From: an uncultured Prevotellaceae bacterium
GTDB taxonomy: Bacteria > Bacteroidota > Bacteroidia > Bacteroidales > Bacteroidaceae
Direction: 5' to 3'
Length of the DNA stretch: 34,551 nucleotides
NCBI GenBank assembly: GCA_945788385.1
Contig: CALZLQ010000001.1
Span: forward strand, 1-34,551
Notes under the pieces: model-generated
What the model saw: the letters and a program-made list of their open reading frames with translations, nothing else
What the model was told of the DNA's origin: nothing
Database searches by the model: none
Made by a program: the position numbers and the translations under genes
Shown here: in pieces, positions 8,364-17,100 of the stretch
Position numbering within the stretch: the first letter of the stretch is position 1
How the letters are laid out: each line of letters starts with the position of its first letter

Positions 8364-9337
8364 TTTGCAGCCTCCTTTCTTGGTTTTTCGCCGAAGCGTT
8401 TGGGCTTACAATAGTTGTTGATGAGTGGGGTGAAGGCGTTCATGATAAGTATGGCGAACGACATACCCTCTGGGTACGACCCCCAGTTGCGGATGATGAC
8501 TGTCAGGATGCCGATGGCTGTTCCGTAGATAATCTGACCTTTGGGGGTCATGGGCGAGGTGACATAGTCTGTGGCCATATAGCACGCTCCGAGTATGAGA
8601 CCGCCTGAGAGCAGTTGCAGTTCGGGGCTGACATATTGCGTGTGGTCGGCAAGGTGGAGTATGCCGGTGAAAATGGTCACTGAACCTAAGATGCTGACAG
8701 GGATATGCCATGTGATTATCTTGCGCCACAGCATGTATGCAAGGCCTGCGAGCAGGGCGAGGGCGCTGACTTCACCAAGGGAACCTCCGATGCCTCCGAG
8801 GAGCAGGTCAATGTGGTCGGGGAGCTTGTCTATCTGACCTGAGGATATGAGACTGAGGGGGGTTGCTCCTGTCTCGGCATCGAGATAGCCTACAGTGCCG
8901 CTTACGGGCCATGTGGTCATCTGTGCAGGGAACGAGATGAGGAGGAAGACGCGTCCTACAAGGGCTGGATTGAAGGGGTTCTGGCCGAGACCTCCGAAGG
9001 TCATCTTGCCAACGCCTATGGCGACGAGGGCTCCGATGATGACAATCCAGATAGGCAGGTTGCTCGGCAGATTGAAACCGAGCAATATGCCGGTGAGTAT
9101 CGCGCTGCCGTCGATTATGGTGACTTTATCTCTGCCAAGTATATACTTGGTGATGGCCCATTCGAAAAGGACACAGCTGGCAATGCTGGTGAGCAACACT
9201 ACAGCTGCTCCGAGTCCGAAGAAGTATAGACTGCATACCATAGCCGGCAGCAGGGCTATACATACGCCGTACATGTTCTTCTGGACGGAATCGCCGCTAT
9301 GGACATGTGGGCTGAGGGATACTGTTAGTTTATTCAT
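8360..9337 (-). CDS. rnfD: Rnf electron transport complex subunit D
   Basis: 325-aa polytopic membrane protein. N-terminus LSPHVHSGDSV and flavin-attachment motif TGATPL are RnfD/NqrB-like. Confidence 0.92.
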   Translation of the reverse strand: MNKLTVSLSPHVHSGDSVQKNMYGVCIALLPAMVCSLYFFGLGAAVVLLTSIASCVLFEWAITKYILGRDKVTIIDGSAILTGILLGFNLPSNLPIWIVIIGALVAIGVGKMTFGGLGQNPFNPALVGRVFLLISFPAQMTTWPVSGTVGYLDAETGATPLSLISSGQIDKLPDHIDLLLGGIGGSLGEVSALALLAGLAYMLWRKIITWHIPVSILGSVTIFTGILHLADHTQYVSPELQLLSGGLILGACYMATDYVTSPMTPKGQIIYGTAIGILTVIIRNWGSYPEGMSFAILIMNAFTPLINNYCKPKRFGEKPRKEAAK

Positions 9338-9347
9338 TGTTGTATGA

Positions 9348-10691
9348 TTACTTTTGAGATCGAGAGCGTATGATGCCCATTACTGTTGTTTTGCCAAGGC
9401 GTATCATGTCGAGAAGCGGTCTGTGACTTGGACATGTGAACGAACAACTGCCGCACTCTATGCACGAAACTATGTCTTCTGTCTCGGCCTTCTCCCACTG
9501 GTGTTGTGAGCTGACCTGTGCGAGGAGATATGGTTCGAGTCCCATAGGACATGCTCCTACGCACTTTGCACAACGTATGCAGGGGTCTGCCTCTGCACGT
9601 TTTGCCTCTTTGTCATTCATGATAAGCAGACCGCTTGAGCCTTTGGTCATGGGTATGTCGAGCGAGATGAGGGCCTTGCCCATCATGGGGCCGCCACCAA
9701 TGACCTTGCCTGTATCCTGTGGCAGACCTCCACACTCGTCGATGAGCTGTGAGAAAGGTGTGCCAAGACGGGCAAGGAGGTTGCTCGGGGTCTTGACGCT
9801 CTTGCCGGTGACGGTGATGACACGGTCGATGAGAGGTTTGTTTTTCATGACTGCCTCGTAGACAGCGTATGCGGTACCTACATTTTGCACCACGGCTCCC
9901 ACATTGATGGGAATGGCTGGGGGAGCCGGTACTTGCCTGCCTATGACTGCGTCTATGAGTTGCTTCTCGCCTCCTTGAGGATACTGCACCTTAAGTGGTA
10001 CGACTTGTATATTGGGGTATTTGCTGGCTTTCTCGGTCATGAGCGCGATGGCATCGGGCTTGTTGTTCTCAATGCCGATATAGCCTTTGTCTACACCAAC
10101 TGCCTTCATGAGCAAGGTCACGCCTACGAGTATCTGTTCGGGACGTTCGAGCATGAGACGATGGTCGGCAGTGAGGTATGGCTCGCACTCCACGGCATTG
10201 ATGATGACACACTCAGCTTTCTGTCCTGGTGGCGGACATAGCTTGACATGGCATGGGAATGTCGCTCCGCCCATGCCTACGATACCGGCCTGCTTGATTT
10301 TATCTATGATTGTCTTGGAGTCGAGTTCGGGACGCTCAGCGAGAGTGACGAGAGTCTCTGAACGGTCAATGCTCTCCTCCCACTCATCGCCATCAACGTC
10401 GACGTATACCGCCATGCGGCGTGTATCGCTGGCGTCGAGTGCCACGTCGACCTTTGAGACCTTTCCGCTGACTGACGAATATATCGGTGCGCTGACGAAT
10501 CCGCCTGCCTCACCAAGCAATGTGCCTACCTTGACCACATCGCCTTTCTTGACTACGGGCTTGGCAGGTGCTCCTATGTGTTGGAACATACTGAACACAG
10601 CCTGCTTGGGCAGTGAGGCCTGGCGTATGGGACTTTGGGCACTGAGTTTGTTTTCTTCGGGATGCACTCCTCCTATGCTGAATGTTTTCAT
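9348..10691 (-). CDS. rnfC: Rnf electron transport complex subunit C
   Basis: 447 aa. GMGGATFP nucleotide/flavin motif. Two 4Fe-4S ferredoxin motifs (CIRCAKCVGACP, CIECGSCSFTCP). Its start overlaps the rnfB stop by 4 nt (ATGA). Confidence 0.93.
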   Translation of the reverse strand: MKTFSIGGVHPEENKLSAQSPIRQASLPKQAVFSMFQHIGAPAKPVVKKGDVVKVGTLLGEAGGFVSAPIYSSVSGKVSKVDVALDASDTRRMAVYVDVDGDEWEESIDRSETLVTLAERPELDSKTIIDKIKQAGIVGMGGATFPCHVKLCPPPGQKAECVIINAVECEPYLTADHRLMLERPEQILVGVTLLMKAVGVDKGYIGIENNKPDAIALMTEKASKYPNIQVVPLKVQYPQGGEKQLIDAVIGRQVPAPPAIPINVGAVVQNVGTAYAVYEAVMKNKPLIDRVITVTGKSVKTPSNLLARLGTPFSQLIDECGGLPQDTGKVIGGGPMMGKALISLDIPMTKGSSGLLIMNDKEAKRAEADPCIRCAKCVGACPMGLEPYLLAQVSSQHQWEKAETEDIVSCIECGSCSFTCPSHRPLLDMIRLGKTTVMGIIRSRSQK

Positions 10692-11545
10692 GCCTGTTCC
10701 TCCTGTGTTTTGGGTTTACGTGGTGGGAAATTAAAAGCGTGGATTGCACCACGTGGGCATTCGTCTTCGCACTTGCGACACAAACGACACTTGTCTGGGT
10801 CTATATGCGCAAGGTTGGTGCCCAATTCGATGGCCTCGAACTTGCAGGCCTTGACACATTTGCCACAACCTATGCAACTGTTCTTGCACTCTTTGGTGGC
10901 AAGCGCGCCCTTGTCTTTGTTGTTGCAGAGTACGACGACCTTGCGATTCTTGGGCCCTTGCGGACGCAGCTCGATAATGCTGCGAGGACAGGTCTTTGCA
11001 CATGCTCCGCAGCCTGTACATTTGCTTTCGTCGACTTCTGCTATGCGAGTGGCTGGATTGACCTTGATGGCTCCGAAAAGGCATGCGGCCTCACAGTCAC
11101 CCTCGCCAAGACAGCCCCACTGACATTGGGTCTCACCCATGCCTGTCATATTTTGAATACGACATGAGTGGACTCCGTCAAACTCGACGCCGTGAGGGCG
11201 CGCATCGCAGGTGCCATTGCAACGCACTACGGCCACCTTTGGCGCGGCGGCAGATGCTTGCAGGCCAAGAATGCCCGCTACCTGTTCCATGACGGCTTGT
11301 CCGCCTGGAGCGCAATTGAGATCGCTGAGCGATCCTGTCTCTGCCGCTTTGACACAGGCAGATGCAAATCCCTGACATCCCGGATAGCCACAGCCTCCAC
11401 AATTAGCTTGTGGCAGGACTTCGCTGACCTCCTTGATGCGAGGATCTTCCCATACAGCAAACTTCTCCTTGGCCGCGAAGAGTATCAAAGCCGATACCAG
11501 TCCTACAGCTCCGAGAACGATTACTGCAATCAAGATTACGTTCAT
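10688..11545 (-). CDS. rnfB: Rnf electron transport complex subunit B (polyferredoxin-type Fe-S subunit)
   Basis: 285 aa. N-terminal TM anchor and CGGCGYPGC motif. Several CxxCxxCxxxC(P) clusters (CTGCGACAKTCP, CIGCGKCVKAC, CRLCRKCEDECP). Confidence 0.92.
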   Translation of the reverse strand: MNVILIAVIVLGAVGLVSALILFAAKEKFAVWEDPRIKEVSEVLPQANCGGCGYPGCQGFASACVKAAETGSLSDLNCAPGGQAVMEQVAGILGLQASAAAPKVAVVRCNGTCDARPHGVEFDGVHSCRIQNMTGMGETQCQWGCLGEGDCEAACLFGAIKVNPATRIAEVDESKCTGCGACAKTCPRSIIELRPQGPKNRKVVVLCNNKDKGALATKECKNSCIGCGKCVKACKFEAIELGTNLAHIDPDKCRLCRKCEDECPRGAIHAFNFPPRKPKTQEEQA

Positions 11546-11973
11546 ATTGATTCGTTATTTTGTTGTTTGATTATTTTGAATGTAAAACGTTTTGCCAAAT
11601 GGCTACGTTGCGTGTAGAGTATGGCATAGTATGCCGCTACGACAATGAGCGAGAGGATAGCAGCAGATGGCTCGCCTATTCGCGGTATGGCAAGAGCGAG
11701 GGTAACAACTATTGCCACGAGGGGGATGACATACGCCAATATCACCGCCTTGAGCCCACGGTGTGTGCTACCCTCAATAATGACTTTCTGCCCCTTGGTA
11801 TATGCCGATGCCGAATCGACATAGACATCAATGAGCTTCTCCTTGTTCTCGCTGCTGTGACACAGTCCCGCAGCATGGCATCCGGAACAGGCACTCGCCT
11901 GCAGGATACGCACTATGACTTTATGCTCCGATACGCTGTCGACGATTCCTATGTGGGTGATTTTGTCGTCCAT
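11542..11973 (-). CDS. RseC/MucC-family (SoxR-reducing system) membrane protein, first gene of the rnf cluster
   Basis: 143 aa from the ATG at 11973 (MDDKITHIGIV...). The listed start at 12120 would overlap the upstream dipeptidase gene by 122 nt. Cys motif CSGCHAAGLC followed by two C-terminal TM helices. Its stop overlaps the rnfB start by 4 nt. Confidence 0.8.
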   Translation of the reverse strand: MDDKITHIGIVDSVSEHKVIVRILQASACSGCHAAGLCHSSENKEKLIDVYVDSASAYTKGQKVIIEGSTHRGLKAVILAYVIPLVAIVVTLALAIPRIGEPSAAILSLIVVAAYYAILYTQRSHLAKRFTFKIIKQQNNESI

Positions 11974-11998
11974 TACGGGAGAGAGTGAAATTTTACTG

Positions 11999-13651
11999 TT
12001 ATTGCGGCATCTTGTATTTGTCGCCAGACTCTTGTACAATCTTCCTGCGGTAAGCCTCTGGATAGCCCGGACGAATGACTGGCCTTGGAGCATTGCCTGG
12101 AGTATGCAGGTATTTGCCATTGGAGTCTTGCTGCTTGACAGCCATGTCGTTGTATTTGACGATTATCAGTTTGGCAAGGTCGTTCCACTCGGATATCATA
12201 CCCTGTGCCATACGTGTGGAGTAGTCGCTGAGGTACTTTGCTCCCTCAACGTGTCCCCTACCCTTTGCCACCTCTTCAATCTCGGCCTGCATAGAGTTGT
12301 AGTCGGCCTCAAGGCGGTCACGTACGTTTTTGAGCTCGGGGAAGAGCAGGCTGTAACGGAGATATACCATATTGCTGACCCAGTTGCATACCCAAAAGGC
12401 ATTCTTGAACGAAAACGTAAAGGCATCGGCACTCTTGTCGCTGTAACAGTAAGGTATGCGTTTCATTGAGCCTGGATATATAGGGGTGAGAGCGACCATG
12501 TTTGCTTCATCGTTGCCATACCACAGGCAAGAACCTATATAGTCTGGAAGCCAAGAGCGGAGCTGCGACACGTAGATATTGGATGCCTGCTGGGTTGAGA
12601 TGGGACGCTCGTTGAAATACTTGACACTGTCGACCTCGAAAGTGAGAGGTGTCGGACGATAGGGCATCTCCCATGCACCGGCGCCAAGGCCGGAACGGAT
12701 ATCCATAGGAGTATCTTCGTAATGGTCACGCATCATGTTCTTGACATCCTGCACGCTGAGTTTTGTCTTGGGCTGTATCCACAGTGGCATTTCGTGCGCA
12801 TCGCCGTCTTTATCCACACCCATAGCGTAAGGCAGGTATTTCTGCATGTCTTCCTTGCCCCACTTGTTGAAGAAACTCCATACTCGTGCTTCACAAAAAC
12901 GCTTGGCTCCGAAATCGGCAGGCGCGTATGCCTCTGAGAACGAGAAATCTTCGTCCTTGCCGCTGAAATACCCTTTCTGACGGGCAAAGCTAATTACATC
13001 GTGCGAATAGAGGCAGTTGTCCTTGTCTTTGAGAGGAAAGCGCCGTATGCGGCTGTGGTTGGCATGAGCGCATATCATATCGTCCGGAATGCGGCGTGCT
13101 ACCCATACAGCACCTTTCGTATCCTTGCCCTTGCCAATCATCTCCATTATCCACACCTCGTTTTTGTCTGCCACAGAGAAAGACTCGCCTTCGCTGACAT
13201 AGCCGTACTCGTTGGCAAGACTTCCCATCATCTCAACAGCCTGACGTGCCGTCTTGCAACGCTGCAAGGTCACAGTCATAAGACTGCCGTAGTCAAACAG
13301 TCCTGGACCATCCCACAACTCTTCTCGACCACCAAAGGTTGTCTCAAAAATTGTCAGCTGGTATTCATTGCACAGACCTACTACCTGATAAGTCTCTTCT
13401 GCCTCTGGTATCTCACCGAGGTAGTTGAGTGTCTCGTAGTGGTATAGCTGGCGCATCTGTCCCTTTGCATGCTTGGCACGTGGATAAAAAAAGAGATGAC
13501 CGAAAGCCCCGTAGTCATCGCTGCTGTAACTGAGTATGACACTGCCGTCTACAGACGCGCCCTTGCCTACGATTAGGTTTGTACAAGCTATGCCGATATA
13601 TGACAAGCACGGACAAAACACAATGGACAATATGATAAGTATTTTTTTCAT
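11999..13651 (-). CDS. C69 family dipeptidase (secreted)
   Basis: 550 aa. N-terminal signal peptide directly followed by the Cys nucleophile context IACTNLIVGKGASVDGS, characteristic of C69 (Ntn-hydrolase type) dipeptidases. Confidence 0.85.
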   Translation of the reverse strand: MKKILIILSIVFCPCLSYIGIACTNLIVGKGASVDGSVILSYSSDDYGAFGHLFFYPRAKHAKGQMRQLYHYETLNYLGEIPEAEETYQVVGLCNEYQLTIFETTFGGREELWDGPGLFDYGSLMTVTLQRCKTARQAVEMMGSLANEYGYVSEGESFSVADKNEVWIMEMIGKGKDTKGAVWVARRIPDDMICAHANHSRIRRFPLKDKDNCLYSHDVISFARQKGYFSGKDEDFSFSEAYAPADFGAKRFCEARVWSFFNKWGKEDMQKYLPYAMGVDKDGDAHEMPLWIQPKTKLSVQDVKNMMRDHYEDTPMDIRSGLGAGAWEMPYRPTPLTFEVDSVKYFNERPISTQQASNIYVSQLRSWLPDYIGSCLWYGNDEANMVALTPIYPGSMKRIPYCYSDKSADAFTFSFKNAFWVCNWVSNMVYLRYSLLFPELKNVRDRLEADYNSMQAEIEEVAKGRGHVEGAKYLSDYSTRMAQGMISEWNDLAKLIIVKYNDMAVKQQDSNGKYLHTPGNAPRPVIRPGYPEAYRRKIVQESGDKYKMPQ

Positions 13652-13690
13652 ATAGTATTCGTATTTACTAGCGATTGGATATTAGTACAA

Positions 13691-14566
13691 CTACTTGATA
13701 AACAATTTGTCACTCCCTGCAGCCTTAAAGCTCATATCCAACCCCTTCACACTGTGTGTGAGAGCTCCAAAAGAAATGAAGTCAACTCCTGCCTTGGCGT
13801 AAGGAATCATAGTGTCAAAAGTGATACCGCCAGAACTCTCTGTCTCGGCACGTCCTGCGACGAGCTCTACCGCTTTCTTTGTATCTTCAGGAGAGAAATT
13901 GTCAAACATTATGCGGTCGCAGCCCTCTGCAAGTGCCTCCTCAAGTTCTTTCCAATTGCGCACCTCGCATTCGATTTTAAGGTCTTTGCCGTGCTCCTTG
14001 CAATACTGTTTGGCACGAGATATGGCATTGTGCACTCCGCCGCAGAAATCAATATGGTTATCCTTGAGCAGAATCATGTCAAAGAGACCAATACGATGGT
14101 TCATGCCACCGCCTATCTTCACAGCCTCTTTCTCAAGCATACGCATACCTGGAGTGGTTTTGCGCGTGTCGAGCACACGCGTCCTGGTACCAGCATCGAT
14201 GAGAGCCTGCTGGTACTTGTGGGTCATGGTGGCTATACCTGACATGCGCTGGAGAATATTGAGCATGAGACGCTCCGTTTGGAGCAGACTTTGCTCCTTG
14301 CCCTTGACTGACATCACTATATCGCCCGGTCTGACATGGGCTCCATCCTCGATATAGACTTCGACCTCCATCGTCGGGTCAAAACGGTGAAACACCTGCT
14401 TTGCAATCTCCACACCGGCAAATATGCCTTCTTCCTTAATCAGGAGCTTGCTCTCACCCATAGAATCGGCAGGAATACAACACAGCGTCGTGTGGTCTCC
14501 ATCACCAATATCTTCACTGAAAGCGAGGTCTATCAAACGGTCATTAAGTTCTTCTACTGTAAGCAT
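13691..14566 (-). CDS. nadC: Nicotinate-nucleotide diphosphorylase (carboxylating) / quinolinate phosphoribosyltransferase
   Basis: 291 aa. N-terminus ...ALSEDIGDGDHTT-type (here AFSEDIGDGDHTT). TRKTTPG and LLKDNHI motifs typical of NadC. Confidence 0.92.
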   Translation of the reverse strand: MLTVEELNDRLIDLAFSEDIGDGDHTTLCCIPADSMGESKLLIKEEGIFAGVEIAKQVFHRFDPTMEVEVYIEDGAHVRPGDIVMSVKGKEQSLLQTERLMLNILQRMSGIATMTHKYQQALIDAGTRTRVLDTRKTTPGMRMLEKEAVKIGGGMNHRIGLFDMILLKDNHIDFCGGVHNAISRAKQYCKEHGKDLKIECEVRNWKELEEALAEGCDRIMFDNFSPEDTKKAVELVAGRAETESSGGITFDTMIPYAKAGVDFISFGALTHSVKGLDMSFKAAGSDKLFIK

Positions 14567-14594
14567 AAGATTTTATTTTTAGACTATCCGAGCA

Positions 14595-14610
14595 CAAAAT
14601 TACAAAATTA
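14595..14610 (-). promoter_or_regulatory. Tandem -7 promoter boxes TAATTTTG-TAATTTTG upstream of nadC
   Basis: The minus strand reads TAATTTTGTAATTTTG, two abutting exact TAnnTTTG matches. The proximal one is 28 nt upstream of the nadC ATG. Confidence 0.55.
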
Positions 14611-14733
14611 TCATTAATAATAATGTATTTTATGGAGCACAAATCATTCTCTGTTACAAAAAACTTTTTTGTCTTGCATTTATACAAAAGAATTTGTATC
14701 TTAGCGAAACGAAAACACAAAAAAACAACAATT

Positions 14734-15177
14734 ATGAAAAAATCATTTGTATTCTTTGCCTCAATAATGGTATCATTGGCAATAATAGCGTGCGGCAACA
14801 AGACAGACGGGGCACAAACCAATTCCGAGACAGACACGACATCTGTTGCGCCAAGCAATACTGCCACAATAGTAGAGATTGGCGATGAGCAGACATTCGA
14901 CAGCCTGACAGCCAAGAAAGGGTATACTTTGGTCGATTTCTACGCTACGTGGTGCGGTCCTTGCAAACGTCTGGCACCCATACTTGAAGAAGTCGCAGAA
15001 GAAATGGCTGGCAAAGTCACTGTATTGAAAGTGGACGTCGACAAGAATCCAGTACTTGCCGACAAGTTTAAGGTCAACGCCATCCCACACATAATCGTAT
15101 TCAAGGACGGCAAACAGACTTGGAGCAATCTCGGTATGACCGAGAAGGACAGCATAATCAATGTCTTGAAGAAATAA
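14734..15177 (+). CDS. Thioredoxin with lipoprotein signal peptide (exported, membrane-tethered)
   Basis: 147 aa from the ATG at 14734, preceded by an A-rich leader. Signal peptide plus lipobox LAIIAC (Cys codon 14791-14793). S/T/N-rich linker, then a thioredoxin fold with WCGPC (14950-14964). Confidence 0.88.
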   Translation: MKKSFVFFASIMVSLAIIACGNKTDGAQTNSETDTTSVAPSNTATIVEIGDEQTFDSLTAKKGYTLVDFYATWCGPCKRLAPILEEVAEEMAGKVTVLKVDVDKNPVLADKFKVNAIPHIIVFKDGKQTWSNLGMTEKDSIINVLKK

Positions 15178-15203
15178 GGAGCCATTCAACCTTGTCATAC
15201 TAT

Positions 15204-15437
15204 ATGGCCAAGTCAAATATCTTGAATGACATTTATTCGTTCTATCGGGACGGATTTCACGACATGAGCCAGTTGGGGCGCACCCTATGGTTTATTATCG
15301 CTATCAAGTTGATAGTGATATTCGCCATATTGCGCATATTCTTCTTCCAACCTGTCCTGAGCGGGACTGACGCAGAGAAGAGCGAACAGGTGAGGGAACA
15401 GCTCATCAACAATATGCACACACACGAAAAACATTAA
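15204..15437 (+). CDS. Small single-pass membrane protein, DUF4492-like, immediately upstream of cydA
   Basis: 77 aa from the ATG at 15204 (MAKSNILNDIYSFYRDGFHDMS...). One hydrophobic helix (LWFIIAIKLIVIFAILRIFFF). It lies 26 nt after trx and 15 nt before cydA. I recall this arrangement as conserved in Bacteroidales cyd loci. Confidence 0.7.
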   Translation: MAKSNILNDIYSFYRDGFHDMSQLGRTLWFIIAIKLIVIFAILRIFFFQPVLSGTDAEKSEQVREQLINNMHTHEKH

Positions 15438-15452
15438 TTATCATATCGTACC

Positions 15453-17030
15453 ATGAATGACATTATAAGTGTAATCGACTGGTCGCGGGCACAGTTTGCC
15501 CTGACTGCCATGTATCATTGGCTATTCGTACCCCTTACCCTTGGATTAGGGCTGATTGTAGCCTTGATGGAAACCATATATGTATCCAAACTGAACAATC
15601 CCGATGCCACAGAGACGGAGAGGAGCAAATGGCTCGACATGACACATTTCTGGATGCGTCTGTTCGGAGTAAACTTTGCCATCGGTGTAGCCACTGGCAT
15701 CATACTCGAATTTGAGTTTGGCACAAACTGGTCTAACTATTCGTGGTTCGTAGGCGATATTTTCGGAGCACCACTCGCCATCGAAGGTATCTTTGCCTTT
15801 TTCTGCGAGAGCACGTTTTTTGCCGTCATGTTTTTCGGCTGGGAGAAATTCTCGCCGCGTCAACACTGTGCAGCCACATGGCTCACAGCATTCGGAGCAA
15901 CACTCAGTGCCTGGTGGATACTCGTAGCTAACAGCTGGATGCAAAACCCTACAGGAATGGAGTTTTCTCCTGAACAGATGCGCAACGTCATGGTATCGTT
16001 CAGCGAAGTTGCCTTTTCAACGACAGCCATTACCAAATTCAGCCACACCGTCACATCGGCATGGACACTCGGAGGAGTATTTGTAGTCGGAGTCAGCGCC
16101 TGGTACATACATAAGGGACGACACGTGGATTTCGCCACAAGCAGCATCAAGGTAGGAGGTGCTGTTGGTCTCATCGGCATCATACTGACCATGTGGAGCG
16201 GAGACAAGTCTGCAGTAGACGTAACAAAGACACAGCCCATGAAACTTGCAGCTATGGAAGGACTCTATGAGGGACAGCAAGGCACTCCCTTAGTCGCATT
16301 TGGCATAATAAACCCCAACAAAAAATGGAATGACAAACAAGCTTCCATGCTGTTTGAGATTAACATACCCAAAGGTCTCAGCATACTCGGTCGTCACGAT
16401 GCCAATGCCTTTATCCCCGGCATCAAAGACATCATCGAAGGACGCGACATAATCGACGGCAAAGTTGTCAACACTATACCATACGCAGAGAGAATCCAAC
16501 GCGGACGTATGGCTCACAAAGCTCTATTTACTTTTAACAAGGCAAAACAGGATAAAGATCATGCCACTGCCGAGCGAGCCCGGAAAGAACTTGAGCAACA
16601 CTTCGGGTACTTCGGATATGGGTATCTGAACGACGTAGAAGATGCCATTCCTCCCGTGGGGCTGACTTTCTACCCCTTCCACATAATGGTGATGATTGGG
16701 GGGTGGCTGTTCGTCTTCCTACCATTCACCATATATATGGCATGTCGCAAGCGCGAGTGGCTCACAGCCAAGATTGCAGGCATCAAGGTCTTCCCCACAC
16801 TGGCTCTTCTCACCATCCCGCTCACCTATATCTGCAGCCAGTGTGGCTGGATAGTAGCCGAAGTAGGCCGTCAGCCATGGGTCATACAAGATATGCTACC
16901 ATGTAGGGCTGCAATCAGCAACGTCGGCTTAAGCAACGTGCAGACCACGTTCTTCATCTTCCTCGTCTTCTTCACATGTCTGCTGATTGCGGAAGTAGGA
17001 ATTATGATTAAACAGATTTTGAAGCATTAA
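15453..17030 (+). CDS. cydA: Cytochrome bd ubiquinol oxidase subunit I
   Basis: 525 aa. Conserved start ...DWSRAQFALTAMYHWLFVPLTLGL. Q-loop region present. GRQPW motif (AEVGRQPWVIQD). Confidence 0.95.
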   Translation: MNDIISVIDWSRAQFALTAMYHWLFVPLTLGLGLIVALMETIYVSKLNNPDATETERSKWLDMTHFWMRLFGVNFAIGVATGIILEFEFGTNWSNYSWFVGDIFGAPLAIEGIFAFFCESTFFAVMFFGWEKFSPRQHCAATWLTAFGATLSAWWILVANSWMQNPTGMEFSPEQMRNVMVSFSEVAFSTTAITKFSHTVTSAWTLGGVFVVGVSAWYIHKGRHVDFATSSIKVGGAVGLIGIILTMWSGDKSAVDVTKTQPMKLAAMEGLYEGQQGTPLVAFGIINPNKKWNDKQASMLFEINIPKGLSILGRHDANAFIPGIKDIIEGRDIIDGKVVNTIPYAERIQRGRMAHKALFTFNKAKQDKDHATAERARKELEQHFGYFGYGYLNDVEDAIPPVGLTFYPFHIMVMIGGWLFVFLPFTIYMACRKREWLTAKIAGIKVFPTLALLTIPLTYICSQCGWIVAEVGRQPWVIQDMLPCRAAISNVGLSNVQTTFFIFLVFFTCLLIAEVGIMIKQILKH

Positions 17031-17100
17031 GCTGTTCGGAATCCAACAGACAACCTAAGCTTCACTCAAAACAATCAAACTAATAAACAACCCCAAGACT

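Noticed and set aside
7198-10734. Other long opposite-strand ORFs over rnfE, rnfD, rnfC and rnfB (for example 7198-7749, 8895-9347, 10087-10734). Similar ones lie over the GH20 gene (19526-20230), htpG (24190-24732) and clp (21332-21910).
   Set aside because: They lie wholly inside confidently identified genes. Their products are Pro/Arg/Ser/Thr-rich and compositionally odd. They have no independent start context. They are typical shadow ORFs of genes with strong third-position C preference.
14567-14733. Replication origin at the divergent point. Genes run leftward for 11 kb and rightward for 20 kb from here, and the plus strand looks G-rich to the left and C-rich to the right.
   Set aside because: The composition switch follows the coding strand, because C-ending codons are preferred in genes on both sides. 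That polarity is opposite to what an origin would give. I see no DnaA-box-like TTATCCACA/TGTGGATAA sequences and no dnaA or dnaN nearby. A cumulative GC-skew plot of the full genome would settle it.
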